The position numbers and the translations under genes are program-made. The notes under the pieces were generated by a model. That model did not search any database. It was not told the DNA's origin and worked only from the letters and a program-made list of their open reading frames with translations. A stretch of DNA of 64,000 nucleotides from the human T2T-CHM13v2.0 reference genome, Homo sapiens, in the NCBI RefSeq assembly GCF_009914755.1, contig NC_060926.1. One strand, written 5' to 3'. Below are positions 13,850 through 26,077 of the stretch, in pieces; position 1 is the first letter of the stretch, and each line of letters starts with the position of its first letter.

Positions 13850-14566
13850 AGCGAATACTGTTAATAATTATAATTATACCCCAACAAATCAGATAACTTA
13901 GATGAAATGTAAACTATATAGAAATACATAAAATACCAGGAATGACTCATGAAGAAATAATAAATATGAAAATACCTATATCATGTAAAATGATTGAATT
14001 GGTAATCAAAACTCCCAGTAAAGGAAAATCCAGAAGGAGATGACTTCATTGGTCAATTTTATCAATGTTTAAAGAGGAATTAACACCAACATTTCTCACC
14101 ACTACTCTTCTAAAAAATACAGTAAGAATGAATATTTCATCATGCATTCTATGAGGCCAGTATTACTGTGATACCAAGGCCGGATAGGCATCATGGTAAA
14201 ATATAATTAAAGATTACTATCCCTTATTAATATAGATGCACGATTAATACTAGAAAACTTAATTTAGAGGCATGTTAATAGGTATATACAGTATAACCAA
14301 GTGGTATTTATCCCAAGAATACAGGAGGTGGTTCAATGTAAGGAAACCAATGTAATAGACCACACTAATAAAATGAAAGGAAAAACAAAACACATTGTTA
14401 CCTCTATTGATGCAAAAATAAAAAGCATGACAACATCTTAAACCTTTTCAAGAGAAAAACACTCAGCAAACTGAAAATAGAAGGAAACATTCTTAACATG
14501 ATAGAGAACATATAGAGAAAGTCCACAGCTAATGTACTTTATAATAAAAGTCATAGAGCTTTCTTC

Positions 14567-14982
14567 GTTTTGTGAGTTGCCTTACATTACTGAAAAAGAC
14601 ATGATGATGACCTCACCACTAGCACCTGTGAATGTGACCTTATTTGGAAAGATACAAGGAAAATGTGGTAAGAAGGGCCCTTGATCTAATATGACTGGTG
14701 TGTCCATATAGAAAGGGGAGAAGAGACAAAGAGACAGATATACACAGAAAGGATAATGTCTTGTGAAGACATAGACAAAGGGAAGACACTTACGTGATAA
14801 GCAAGGCGGAGATGAAATTGGGGCTAACAAGCAGCAGGCTAAAGAATGCCAAAGTTTGCTAGTAAACTTTTGGAGGTAGGACAGAGTGCATGCTGATACC
14901 TTAGCCTCCCAAACTGTGTGGGAGTAAACTTTTATTGTTTTAATTCAGTAGTTTGTTGCAGCAGTCCTAGGAAAGTAATACA
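14567..14982 (+). mobile_element. MaLR solo LTR, MLT1C/B-like
   Basis: 'acctgtgaatgtgaccttatttggaaa', 'ctaatatgactggtgt', ends 'gcagcagtcctaggaaagtaataca'; near-TSD tcttc/ccttc. Confidence 0.8.
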
Positions 14983-17796
14983 CCTTCCAGGATCAGGAAC
15001 AAGACAGTAATGCCCACTTTTACCACTTCTATTCAACACAGTACTAGAAATTCTTGCTAAAGTAATTAGACAAAAACATTAATAAAATCCATCCAAATTG
15101 GAAATGAACAAGTAAAACTTTGAAATGATCTTATAGCTAGAAATTTCTAAACTATCCACCAAAAAACCACATTAGAGATAATAAATTAATTCATCAAGTT
15201 AGTTGAATGCAAGATTAATACACAAAAATAGTTGCATTTTCATATACTACCAATGAACAATCTGAAAATAAAATTAATAAAACAATTCAATTTATAATAT
15301 ATTTTAAAAAGAACAAAATGCTTAGAAATAGGTTTAGCCAAGGTGCTCTAAAACTTTTACCCTGAAAATGAAAATAAATTCTTGAAAGACACTTAAGACT
15401 AATACATAAAAGGACATATCATGTTTTCAGATTACAGGACTTAATATTTTAAGATGGTAATATTCCTCAAGGCATCTATAGATTTAATTCAATAACCATC
15501 AACATCCTTATAGCCTTTTATTCAGAAATGGAAAAGCTGATCCTTGCAAATTCATAAAATTACAGGTGACTCTTAATAGAAAAATCTAGAAAAAAGGAGC
15601 AAAGTTGGAGAATTCACACATCCTGATTACAAAAGTCACTATAAACTTACAGTAATTGAAATAATCTAGTACTGGCATAAGAATAGATGTTGAGAATAAT
15701 GGAATTGAATGTAGATTTCTGGAGTAAATTAATACATCTACAGTCAATTGATTTTCAAAAAGGGAGTGAAGATTATTCAATGGGAAAATAATAGTCTCTT
15801 CAACAAATGATGCTAGTACAACTAGATTTCTACATGCAAAAGAATGAAAATAACTTGTCTCACAGCATGCACAAAAATAATAACAACTGAAATGTAAGAG
15901 AGAAAACTAAACCTCTTAGAACAAAAATATAAGGCTAAGTGTATGTGACCTTGGATTTGGTAATGGAGTTTTAGATATGACACTAAAGTACAACCAACAG
16001 AGAAAACCTATAAATTGGACAACATCTAAATTAAAAATGTTTGTGAATCAAATAACTCTATCAATAGAGAAGATGACTCACAAAATGAGAGAAAATATTT
16101 GCAAATCATATAGCTGACCGGATTCTACTATCTAGAATACATGAAGAACGCCTGCAACTCAACAACAAAAAGATGAGCAACCTAATCGGTAAATGGTCGA
16201 AGGACTTTGAATTTCTACAAGAAAAAAATGCAACTGTCTAGCAAGCATATGAAGATGGTCAACATCATTAATAATTAAGGAAATGCATTTAAAACCACAA
16301 TGAGATAGCATGTCACATCCACTAGGATGACTGTAATTGAAAAAAAATTAAAACAACAACAACAACAAACAGAAAATAAGAAATGTTGGCAGAGAGAATG
16401 TGGAGTAATTGGAATCTTTATATGTTGTTGTGAAAATCTAAAATGGTGCAGGCACTCCAAAAACAGTCTGGTGGCTCTTCAAGAAATGGAACATAGAATT
16501 ACCATATAACCCCGCAATTCTTCTACAAGTTTACCTTAAAAAAATGCAAACTTTTGGGTTTCTACTTTTACAATAATTGTCTTAGTTGCACTTTGCACAA
16601 CAGCCAAAATGTATTAATAACCCTACTATCCATCAACTGATAAATGAATAAACAAAATGTAACATATCTATATTCATATTCAGCAATAAAATGGAGTGAA
16701 GAATTACTACCTGCTACAACATGATGGACCTTGAAAATGTTGTGCTAAGTTAAAGCACCTAAAACTCTAAGGTCGTATATTGTATCCTCTCATTGATATG
16801 AAATATTCAGAATAGGTACATTCATACAGACAAAGAAACAATAGGTTATAAGTTGCCAGAGCATCAAGATAGAGGCAAATGGAGAGTTACTGCTTAGTAG
16901 GTAAGGTTTTCTATTTGGCATGATAAAAATGTTCTGGAACTAGAACCTATAGTAATTTCAGAGTATTCCTCTGAAGAAAAAAATATGGTAAGAGTTTTTC
17001 TCATTGTCATAATCCAATTTTTCTTTTATCAAAATTGCTATATTTAAAGTGCATTTTCCTTGTCACACAGACCATCTTATTTTTAACATTTTAAAATGAA
17101 TAATTTGATCTTCTATTGCCTTGTCACTTAACTTTTTATTGTTAATCTACTAGGAGAATTACTAACTACATTTATTCAGCTCTTATTTAATTTAACTTTA
17201 AATTACTTTCTTTGTTAACCTATGATATGTGTAATTTTCTTTCTTAAATATAATTCATGAATTCTCATCACAATTTTTCATGCATAGAAATATATTTAAA
17301 AAGGGGTTGTTGAGATAAACTCTAAGTTTTAAAAACTAGATAATGTTATTCATCAGTTTTAAAACTCTGAATTGTAAAACAGCCCTAATTAATATTCTAT
17401 TTCATAGACACACAGAGGGATAAATGACAAAAAAGACACTTTGTTTTATGAAGTCTAAATATATTACTTATGTGGATAAAAACATATTCAAGGAAACAGC
17501 CACAGATGCAGACTAGAATAAATATTCGTTAATATTAACATGCCATGCTGTGTTTCTCTGAGAATGTATTCACTTACCATATCAATTAATGTTTGCTGCC
17601 TTGAAACATATGTAAATATATAGCACTATCAACCTGACAGACCACTAAGTAAACAACTTAATCTACCTTTTGTAAATTACTATATTATGAAAATGTACAA
17701 CATAATTTACGTTGTACAACATAATTTACAACAAATTACGTAATTTCTATAAAGCATTGTTTTATTATGTATTGTTTAGTTAAGAAATAACAACTT

Positions 17797-18165
<369 letters not shown>

Positions 18166-19294
18166 CTAAGAAAGCATACTGTTTTCATTAGCACAACAGC
18201 TCTATGATCTGTATTTGTTTACTTTTCAATGTTTCAAAATAAAACTTAGAGGTGTTAAATGTGTGACGTAGTATAAGCAATTGCTTCTTTTTTCACCCCA
18301 ATCTAATGGAAATAATACTTATATAAATACCTATAACTCATTCTACATCGAGTAAGTACTTGGCTATTTAAGCTAGTATTTTAAGATTGGTGGTCTAATA
18401 ATTATTGAACCAATTGTTTTTCTGAATACGTGCTGATATGAATGGAAAGACTAGAGATAACAAATTACACTTTTTTTCCACCTGGTTGGTATACGTTCGA
18501 ACATAAATACTTGGGAAAATTATGTCTCCTATTGTTCCTGAATGTCTAACCCAAATAAACTTAGGTTAAAAATAATCAATAAAATTCAAATATGATTTAT
18601 TTTTAATATACTATGAGAGAATAAGGGATACCATTGTTTTCAAGGAAAACTGAATCCAAAGCTTAAATGTGGTTGTCAGAAGTATCTGCTATTTTCTACT
18701 CTATCTCCTTTCCTTTTTCTTTTTTTAACTTGGCCTCATCATTTACAACTCCAGCGATTTCCTGTAAGATAAAAACAACCAGACCAATAAACAGAAATCA
18801 GATTCATGTTCATTCAGTAATTTAACCCCAGAGTCCTGAGGATTTTTATATTTATCTTAGCAAAAAAATTATTTTGTGAGGAGTTGTTTGCCATCTTTTG
18901 TTTCATTACTCCCCGTGTCAGTTGGTGGTAGTTGTTGAGAGAAAGCTGGTGAGCTGAGATCCAATATTGGAAAAAGAAGTAAAGGTAAAAATTTCCATAA
19001 GCAAAACATAAACAGGCCTGCAGAAAAAAATATATTATATATAATTCGTGTAAAATGTAGGTTAAATCTGTATTGTCTCTCACTTACATGAAAAGTTAGT
19101 TTATACTCAAAATGTTTCTAAGAGAATTGTGTCTATAAGCCATACTTTCACATATATTGAATTTGTACATTCCCTATGAAAAACTACATACTTTTAATGA
19201 GGTTCAAGAATCATTTTTAATAATTATTTCTTGGTGTGGGACTGGAGAAACCAATCAGAATATTAGCCCATAGACCAGCCTTTTAATACATTCT

Positions 19295-19465
19295 TTAAAA
19301 TCAGAAAATTTGGAAATAGAAATGAATTTAGATCATTTAGCCACAAATATTTCACTTACAGGTAAGAAAACTAACTTGGGAATAGGGTAAATAACTTTTC
19401 CAAAGTCACTTATGAGTTGATAAGCAGTGACAACTAAAATATTCTTAATTTCCTTATTTTAGAAG
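19295..19465 (-). mobile_element. MIR/MIR3 fragment
   Basis: Core 'cacttacaggtaagaaaact...taaataacttttccaaagtcac'. Confidence 0.6.
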
Positions 19466-20254
19466 CTCCCATCAAGACTTAAAAGTACAGTAGTTGCAGG
19501 ATTTACCCAGTCAAGGAAACAATGCTGGCTTAAGAAGTCAGGTACAGTCCTCATCTAAATGTATACATTTCTGGTGTGAACAAACACAGCTTGTTGCTTT
19601 GCCAGCTATTGTCTCCTGTCCGTAACAGGCTCCTTTGAGGTCCACTCCTCTGCTGAGGAGATGTGATAAAGAGAATCCCCATTGTTAAAAGGTGAGAAAA
19701 AAATTATCCAACAGAACAAAAGTCAGGATGAGGAAATCAGAAATATTACAGGCAATAAGACCAAGGACAGATGAAGAGCTGAAGAGAATTGATGTAATTC
19801 ACAGAGGTACAGAATGACATCTCAGATAACAAGCTTTCTAAGAATAATCTTCTAATTCACCAATAAAAAGAAACTACTTAATTTTTCACTTACTGATATA
19901 GTATGTGTTTCTTATTCTAACCTCAGCCATGTAAACTTTTAGAAATTTTGACAAAAAAGGGAAGATAGTATTTATCTCAACTAGATAAATAAAAACAAGA
20001 AGTAAAGCACAATTTCAGTCATTTTAACCTATATTGCTATTATTTTTACCAATATATTTACCTATATTTCTAAAATAATTGTCTTACTTTTAAAAGTAGT
20101 GTTTTCACCTCTTGTACCATCACTTTTGTCATTACTTTAATGTAACCATTAATCAGAGATACATGTATAGCCTAAATACCTCATTAATAATAACATACTA
20201 ATCATAAATGGAAATCATATATAATATCAAAGAAATATTTATTACTCAAATCAC

Positions 20255-20425
20255 AGCATTGATTACATGTTTACTAAAACTGAGATACTGTATTAAGTGG
20301 CTCACAGAGATTATTTCATTCAATCATTACCATGTCTTTTGAAGATTGTGTAATAGTTAACAGGCAAAAACAATATTTGAACAGGATTGTTTAATTTGAG
20401 AACTCAAATTACTAGCTATTACACT
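20255..20425 (-). mobile_element. MIR fragment
   Basis: 'atactgtattaagtggctcacagagattatttcattcaatc'. Confidence 0.45.
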
Positions 20426-20681
20426 TCTATAAAAATAAGTTGTACAGAGTAAAAAAATCACTAACATTCTAAAGAAACAAAATGATAGAAAACAGTAATA
20501 TGTAAAATTTAAAATGACAAATATCTAAGTAGGGCATTTATGGTATACTACATTCTAAGTAATAGCATGGATGCAAATACATTAATTCAAACATATTTGA
20601 ATAAAATATGTATCATAAAGGTATAGTACGTCAAATCTTTGGGGTCAAAAGGAACATGAGAAATAAGAAAGGGTAGTTACA

Positions 20682-20971
20682 GTGGGGTATGTTGGCTCAC
20701 GCCTTGTAATCCCAACACTTTGGGAGGCTGGGGGAGTGGATCACTTGAGATCAGGAGTTCGAGACAAGCCTGGACAACATGATGAAACCCTGTCTCTACT
20801 AAAAATACAAAAAATGAGGCGGGCGTGATGGTGGACACCTAGAATTCCAGATACTTGGGAGGCTGAGGCATGAGAATCTCTTGAACCCAGGAGGCAATGC
20901 TCCAGTGAGCCAAGATTATGCTACTACACTCCAGCCTGGTGACAGAGCGAGACCCCATCTTAAACAAGAAG
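20682..20971 (+). mobile_element. AluS (Sx/Sz-like), full length, CpG-decayed
   Basis: Dimeric Alu; TSD aagggtagttaca at 20669-20681 and 20972-20984. Confidence 0.93.
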
Positions 20972-21395
20972 AAGGGTAGTTACAAGATTAGGTTTAATGA
21001 TTAATTTGAATGGAATTAAAAATTATTAGAGACAATGTTGATAAAATTCACAATACCATAAAACATTATTATTTTGTTCAATTTAATTTTGATAAAAAGC
21101 AATATATAATTTAAAGAAATTTTGTTATTAGCAATTAAGGAAGATGTAATAACTTACCACAAACCCTAAAAATAATGAGCCTGTCATTGATATGGTTTCA
21201 GTAAAGATAAATATAGTAATTCAACACAATTGAAAAGCCAAATACTTAGTGATTATATAACATAGTGTATAAATTTATCCATATTAAGTTAGTGTCATTT
21301 TAAAATCACATTGCAATATTTTGGTTAGGTTCCGTGTAATGTTAATACAATGTATGTGTCTCCTTAAGAATATATTAATTGATATTTTTAAAGTT

Positions 21396-21516
21396 CTTTT
21401 AAATTACATTGAGTAATTTAAAACTCAATGTAAATTGAGTAATTACATTGTAATTGAGTAATTTAAGTAAATTACAATGAGTAATTACATTGGTACTTTT
21501 AAATTACACTGAGTAA
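21396..21516. repeat. Local mosaic of direct and inverted copies of an aattacattgagtaa motif
   Basis: cttttaaattacaYtgagtaa at 21396 and 21496; internal hairpin 21404-21414/21423-21433. Confidence 0.85.
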
Positions 21517-22975
21517 AACTTCAGTGTCAGATACATAAGAATTGAATTTTATTAAAGTAAAAATAATTACCTGTTAATTTAGCGACCCTAAATAATATAT
21601 TTATTCACAAACTACAAAATATTAAGTGATTTTTTTAATTTTGAAAAAGTACTATTTCCTTCATTTCCTGTAATAATTTTCTCAGTTCACAACTACTATC
21701 ATTATTTTCTATATATTTTGAATGTATTTATGATTTTTATGCAAATATGCAATATTCAGTTGATTATTTTTTGACTAACATAAATGTAACCTATGTTTCA
21801 TATAACTCTGTCAAAACATACATTGGTGTTTTTCTCATTATAATGCAAAATTATATAAAAACATTATGATCAGAATTTTCTTAGGTATAACATAGTCTTT
21901 ACTATTCCTAATAGAGATAATTTTATAAGTTTTTATATATCATTATGTATAATTATGACTAACTTTGAGAGGATTAGGAAATAATTCATATTTTAAGGTA
22001 AGAAACATTCAGAACTTTTTACCCATATTTAATAACAAAATATCTTTAGAAATTTTAGAAACTATAGTTTTACTTCGATTTTTCTGTTCAAAATGCCTAT
22101 TACTGATTTGTCTGACACAAGGAAAAAATATGAGGATAAAAAAACTGTTATTTACAAATCTTAAAATGTATTTTTTAATTGACAGGAAGAGTTGTATATA
22201 TTTATCATGTATAATATAGTTTTGAGAAATAAATACATTGTGGAGTAGCTAACTCAAACTAATTAATATATGCATTACCTCACATACTTAACATTTTGTG
22301 GTAAGAAAACTTAAAACCTACTCTCTTGGATATTTTCAAGAATGCAACATCTTGCCATGAATTATACTCACCATGTTGTACAATAGATCTCTTAAACTTA
22401 GTCTTCCTAACTGAAGTCATTTGTCCTTTGAGTAGCTTATCTCCAACCTCCTCCACCCTCCCAGCCCTAGTAATCACCATCTACTCTCTGCTCCTATATG
22501 TTCAATGATTTTAGATTCGACCTATAAATGAGATCATGTGATATTTGTCTTTCTGTGCCTGGCTTATTTCACTTACCAGAATGTCCTCCAGGTCTATCTA
22601 TGCTGTCACAAATGGCAGGATTTTCTTTTTCTTATTTTTTCTGGTTGGATAGTATTTGTGTGTCTGTGCGTGTGTGTGCATTTATCACATTAACACACTT
22701 TATGTATCCATTCATTGATGAACACTTAGGTTGATTCCATATCTTGGCTATTGTGAATAATATTGCAATAGACATAGGAGGGCAGATATCTCTTTGACGT
22801 GCTGACTTCATATTCTTCAGATATATACTCAGTAGTAGTGCTGAATTACATGGTAGTATTTTTTTGAGGTACCTCCATATTGTTTTCCATAATGGCTATA
22901 CAAATTTACATTCTTACCAACAGTTACAAGGGTTGCCTTTTCTCCATAACCTCACCAATACTTATTATCTTTCCT

Positions 22976-23017
22976 CTTTATGATAATGGCTTTATGATAA
23001 TGACTTTATGATAATAG
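22976..23017 (+). repeat. 14-bp unit tandem triplication (ctttatgataatrr)
   Basis: Three adjacent copies inside the L1. Confidence 0.9.
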
Positions 23018-25790
23018 CCATTCTAAGACATATGAGGTTATATCTCATTCTGGTTTTGACTTGAATTTCCCTGATTTTTACTGATGTTGAGCATTATTTC
23101 ACATATCTGTTGGCTCTTTGTATGTCTTCTTTTGGGAAATGTCTACTCATGTCCTTTGACCATTATTTATATTGTTTTCTTGCTATTAAGTTCCTCACAT
23201 TTTTGGATTTTTTTTTGTATGATGTATTGTTTTCAAATATTTTCTTACATTTCTTAGGTTGTCTCTTTACTCTGTTTTTTGTTTGTTTGTTTCCTTTGTT
23301 CTGTAGAAGATTTTTAGTTTGATGTAATCTCATTTGTCTATTTTTGTTTTTGTTACTTGTGATTTTAGGGTCATATCCAAAAAATAATTGCTTAGGCCAA
23401 TGTCATGGAGCATTTTACTGAGTAGTTTCATAGTATAAGGTCTCACATTTAAGTCTTTAATTCATTTTGAGTTACTTTTTGTATATGATATTAGATGAGT
23501 TTAATTGCAGATTTCTGCATGTGGATGTGCAGTTTTCTCAGTACCATTTATTGCAAAAATTATTCCTCACCCATTGTTTATTCTTGGCACCTCTGACAAA
23601 AAATAATTAAGCATAAATACATAAATTTTTTTCTGGACTGTTTATTCTGCTCCATTGATCTAGGTTTCTGTTTTTACGCCAGTACCATGCTATTTTTATT
23701 ACTATAGCTTTGTAATAGATTTTGAAGTCAGGTAGTGTGATGTTTCCAGTTTTATTCTTTGTAATCAAAATTGCTTTCAGTATTCTGCATCTTATGTGGT
23801 TCTATACAAATTTTGGGATAATATTTTCCTGTTTCTGTGAAAGTGTCGTTCGAATTTTGATACAGATTAGATTGAATCTGTAGATCACTTTCGGTAGTAT
23901 GTTCACTTTAACATGAATTCTTCGGACCCATGAACATAGGCTATCTTTCCATTTGTTTGTGTCGTCTTCAATTTCTTTCATCAATGTTTTAGAGTTTGTA
24001 GTATATATGTTTTTCACCTCCATGGTTAAATTAATTATTAGTACTTTATTTTTTTAAATGATTGTAAGTGGAACTTTTTTCCTTGAAATTTTTTTCGCAG
24101 AGTTGGTTGGTTTCTAGAAGTGCTACTGATTTTTGTAAGCTGGTTTTGCAATGTGCAACTTTACTGTATTTCTTTATTATTTGTAAAAGTTTTCTAATGG
24201 AGTCTTTAGGGATTTTTATATATAAGATCATGTCATCTGCAAACAAAGATAATTTAACTTTTTGAATGCCTTTTATTTCTTCTTGCTTAATTGTTCTGCC
24301 TAGGACTACCAGCACTTCATTGAAGAGAAGTGAAAAGAGTAGACATGATTGTCTTGCTCCTGATTCTAGAGGAAAAAATTTCAGCTATTTTGAGTATAAT
24401 ATTAGCAGTAAAATTTTATATAGGCTTTTATTTTATCAAAGTACATTCCTTCTATATTTAAATTTTAAGAGGTTTATCAAAAAAGCATGTTGAACTTTGG
24501 CAAATACTTTTTTCTGTGATATTTTGAGGTGATTATGTATTTTTATCCTTCATTTTGTTAATGTGGTATATCACATTTATTGATTTTCGAATATTGAACT
24601 ATCTTTGCATCCCAAAGATAAATCTTACTTGATCTTGGTGAATAATTCTTTTAATATAATGCTGCTAACAGTTTGTTGAGGATTTTTGCACCTTTAATAC
24701 CATCAGGCATATTGGCTCACATAATAAAATGGGATTCATGTTATTATTGATTCAATTGTTTACAGTGTTGTCCAGATTTTCTATTTCTTTATAGCTCAGT
24801 CTTGGTAGGTTTTGTCTGTCTAGGAATTCATCTGTTTATTCTATCTTATCCAATTTACTGGCATATATTGCTCATAGTAATCTCTTTAATCCTTTCTATC
24901 TTTCTGGTTCCAGCTATAATGTCTCCTCTGTCATTTCTGATTTTACAGTATTTGAGTCTTCTTTCTTTTTTCCTTAGTCTAGCAAAATATTTGTTATTTT
25001 TTTCTTTTCAAAAACCAACTATTAGTTTCACTAGTCTTTTCTATTGTTTTTCTGGTCTTTGTTTTATTTATTTCTGCTTTGATCTTTGTTTCTTTTTACA
25101 TCTACTGTCTTTAGGCTCAGTTTATTCACTTCTTTTTAGTTCCTTGAAGTGTAACCATAGGTTATTTATTTGAATTTTTTCTCTGTTTTTGATAAAGGAA
25201 TTTATTGTTGTAAACATTTCTTTTAAAACTGCTTTATCTATATTCTATAAGTTTCGGTATCTTGCATTTTCTTTTAATTTGTCTCCACATAGTTTTAAAC
25301 TTCCCTTTTAATTTCTTCTGATCATTGGTTGTACAGAAGCATGTTTTTAATTTCGAGATATTTATGAATTTTCAGACATTCCTTTAGTTATTCATTACCA
25401 GATACATACCATTTTCATCACAAAAGAAAATTGCTCTAATCTCAATCTTCTGAGATTTACTGACTTGTGCTTTTGCCGAATTTTTTCAAATATTATAACT
25501 GTTTTGTATTTCCTTTTTTCTTTCATCCTCTCTTGCTGTCTGCCATTGTGATCAGATGATTTTCTTTAGTGGTGTGCTATAATTGCTCACTATTTTTCTT
25601 TTGTGTACTACTATAGCTCTTTGCTTAATGGTTACCATGAGACTGACATAAACATGAGAGTTACAAGAGGCTTCATAAAGTTGACTTCAATTTAACTTTG
25701 CATTAAAAAAACTCTACACATTTTTCCTATTTCCTCCACCCTTTTTATTTTTGATGTAGCAACTTACATCTTTTGATATTATATATATCC

Positions 25791-26077
25791 TTTTTTTTTT
25801 TTTTGAGATGGAGTCTTGCTATGTCATCAGGCTGGAGTTCAGTGGCACGATCTCGGCTCACTGCAACTTCTGACTCCTTAGTTCAAGCTATTCTCCTAAC
25901 TCAACCTCCTGAGTAGCTGAAATTACAGGCCACTATGCCCTGCTAATTTTTGTATTTTTAGTAGAGACGGGGTTTCATCATGTTGGCCAGGATGGTTTCA
26001 CTCTCCTGACTTCGTGATCCACCCATCTCGGCCTCCCAAAGTGCTAGTATTACAGGTGTGAGCCACCGTGCCCGGCC
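25791..26077 (-). mobile_element. AluS (AluSc-like)
   Basis: Poly-T, then 'gagatggagtcttgct...tgttggccaggatggt...gacttcgtgatcc...gagccaccgtgcccggcc'; degenerate TSD tattatatatatc/tattatgtgtatc. Confidence 0.93.

Larger units (their letters stand above)
12520..16945 (+). mobile_element. L1M (L1MB-like) ORF2 plus 3' UTR, interrupted by three LTRs
   Basis: Restarts at the endonuclease domain ('ctatatactgtctacaagaaact'), has RT-region motifs ('tgcattctatgaggccagtattact') and the 3' UTR 'tgataaaaatgttctggaactaga'. Confidence 0.85.
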
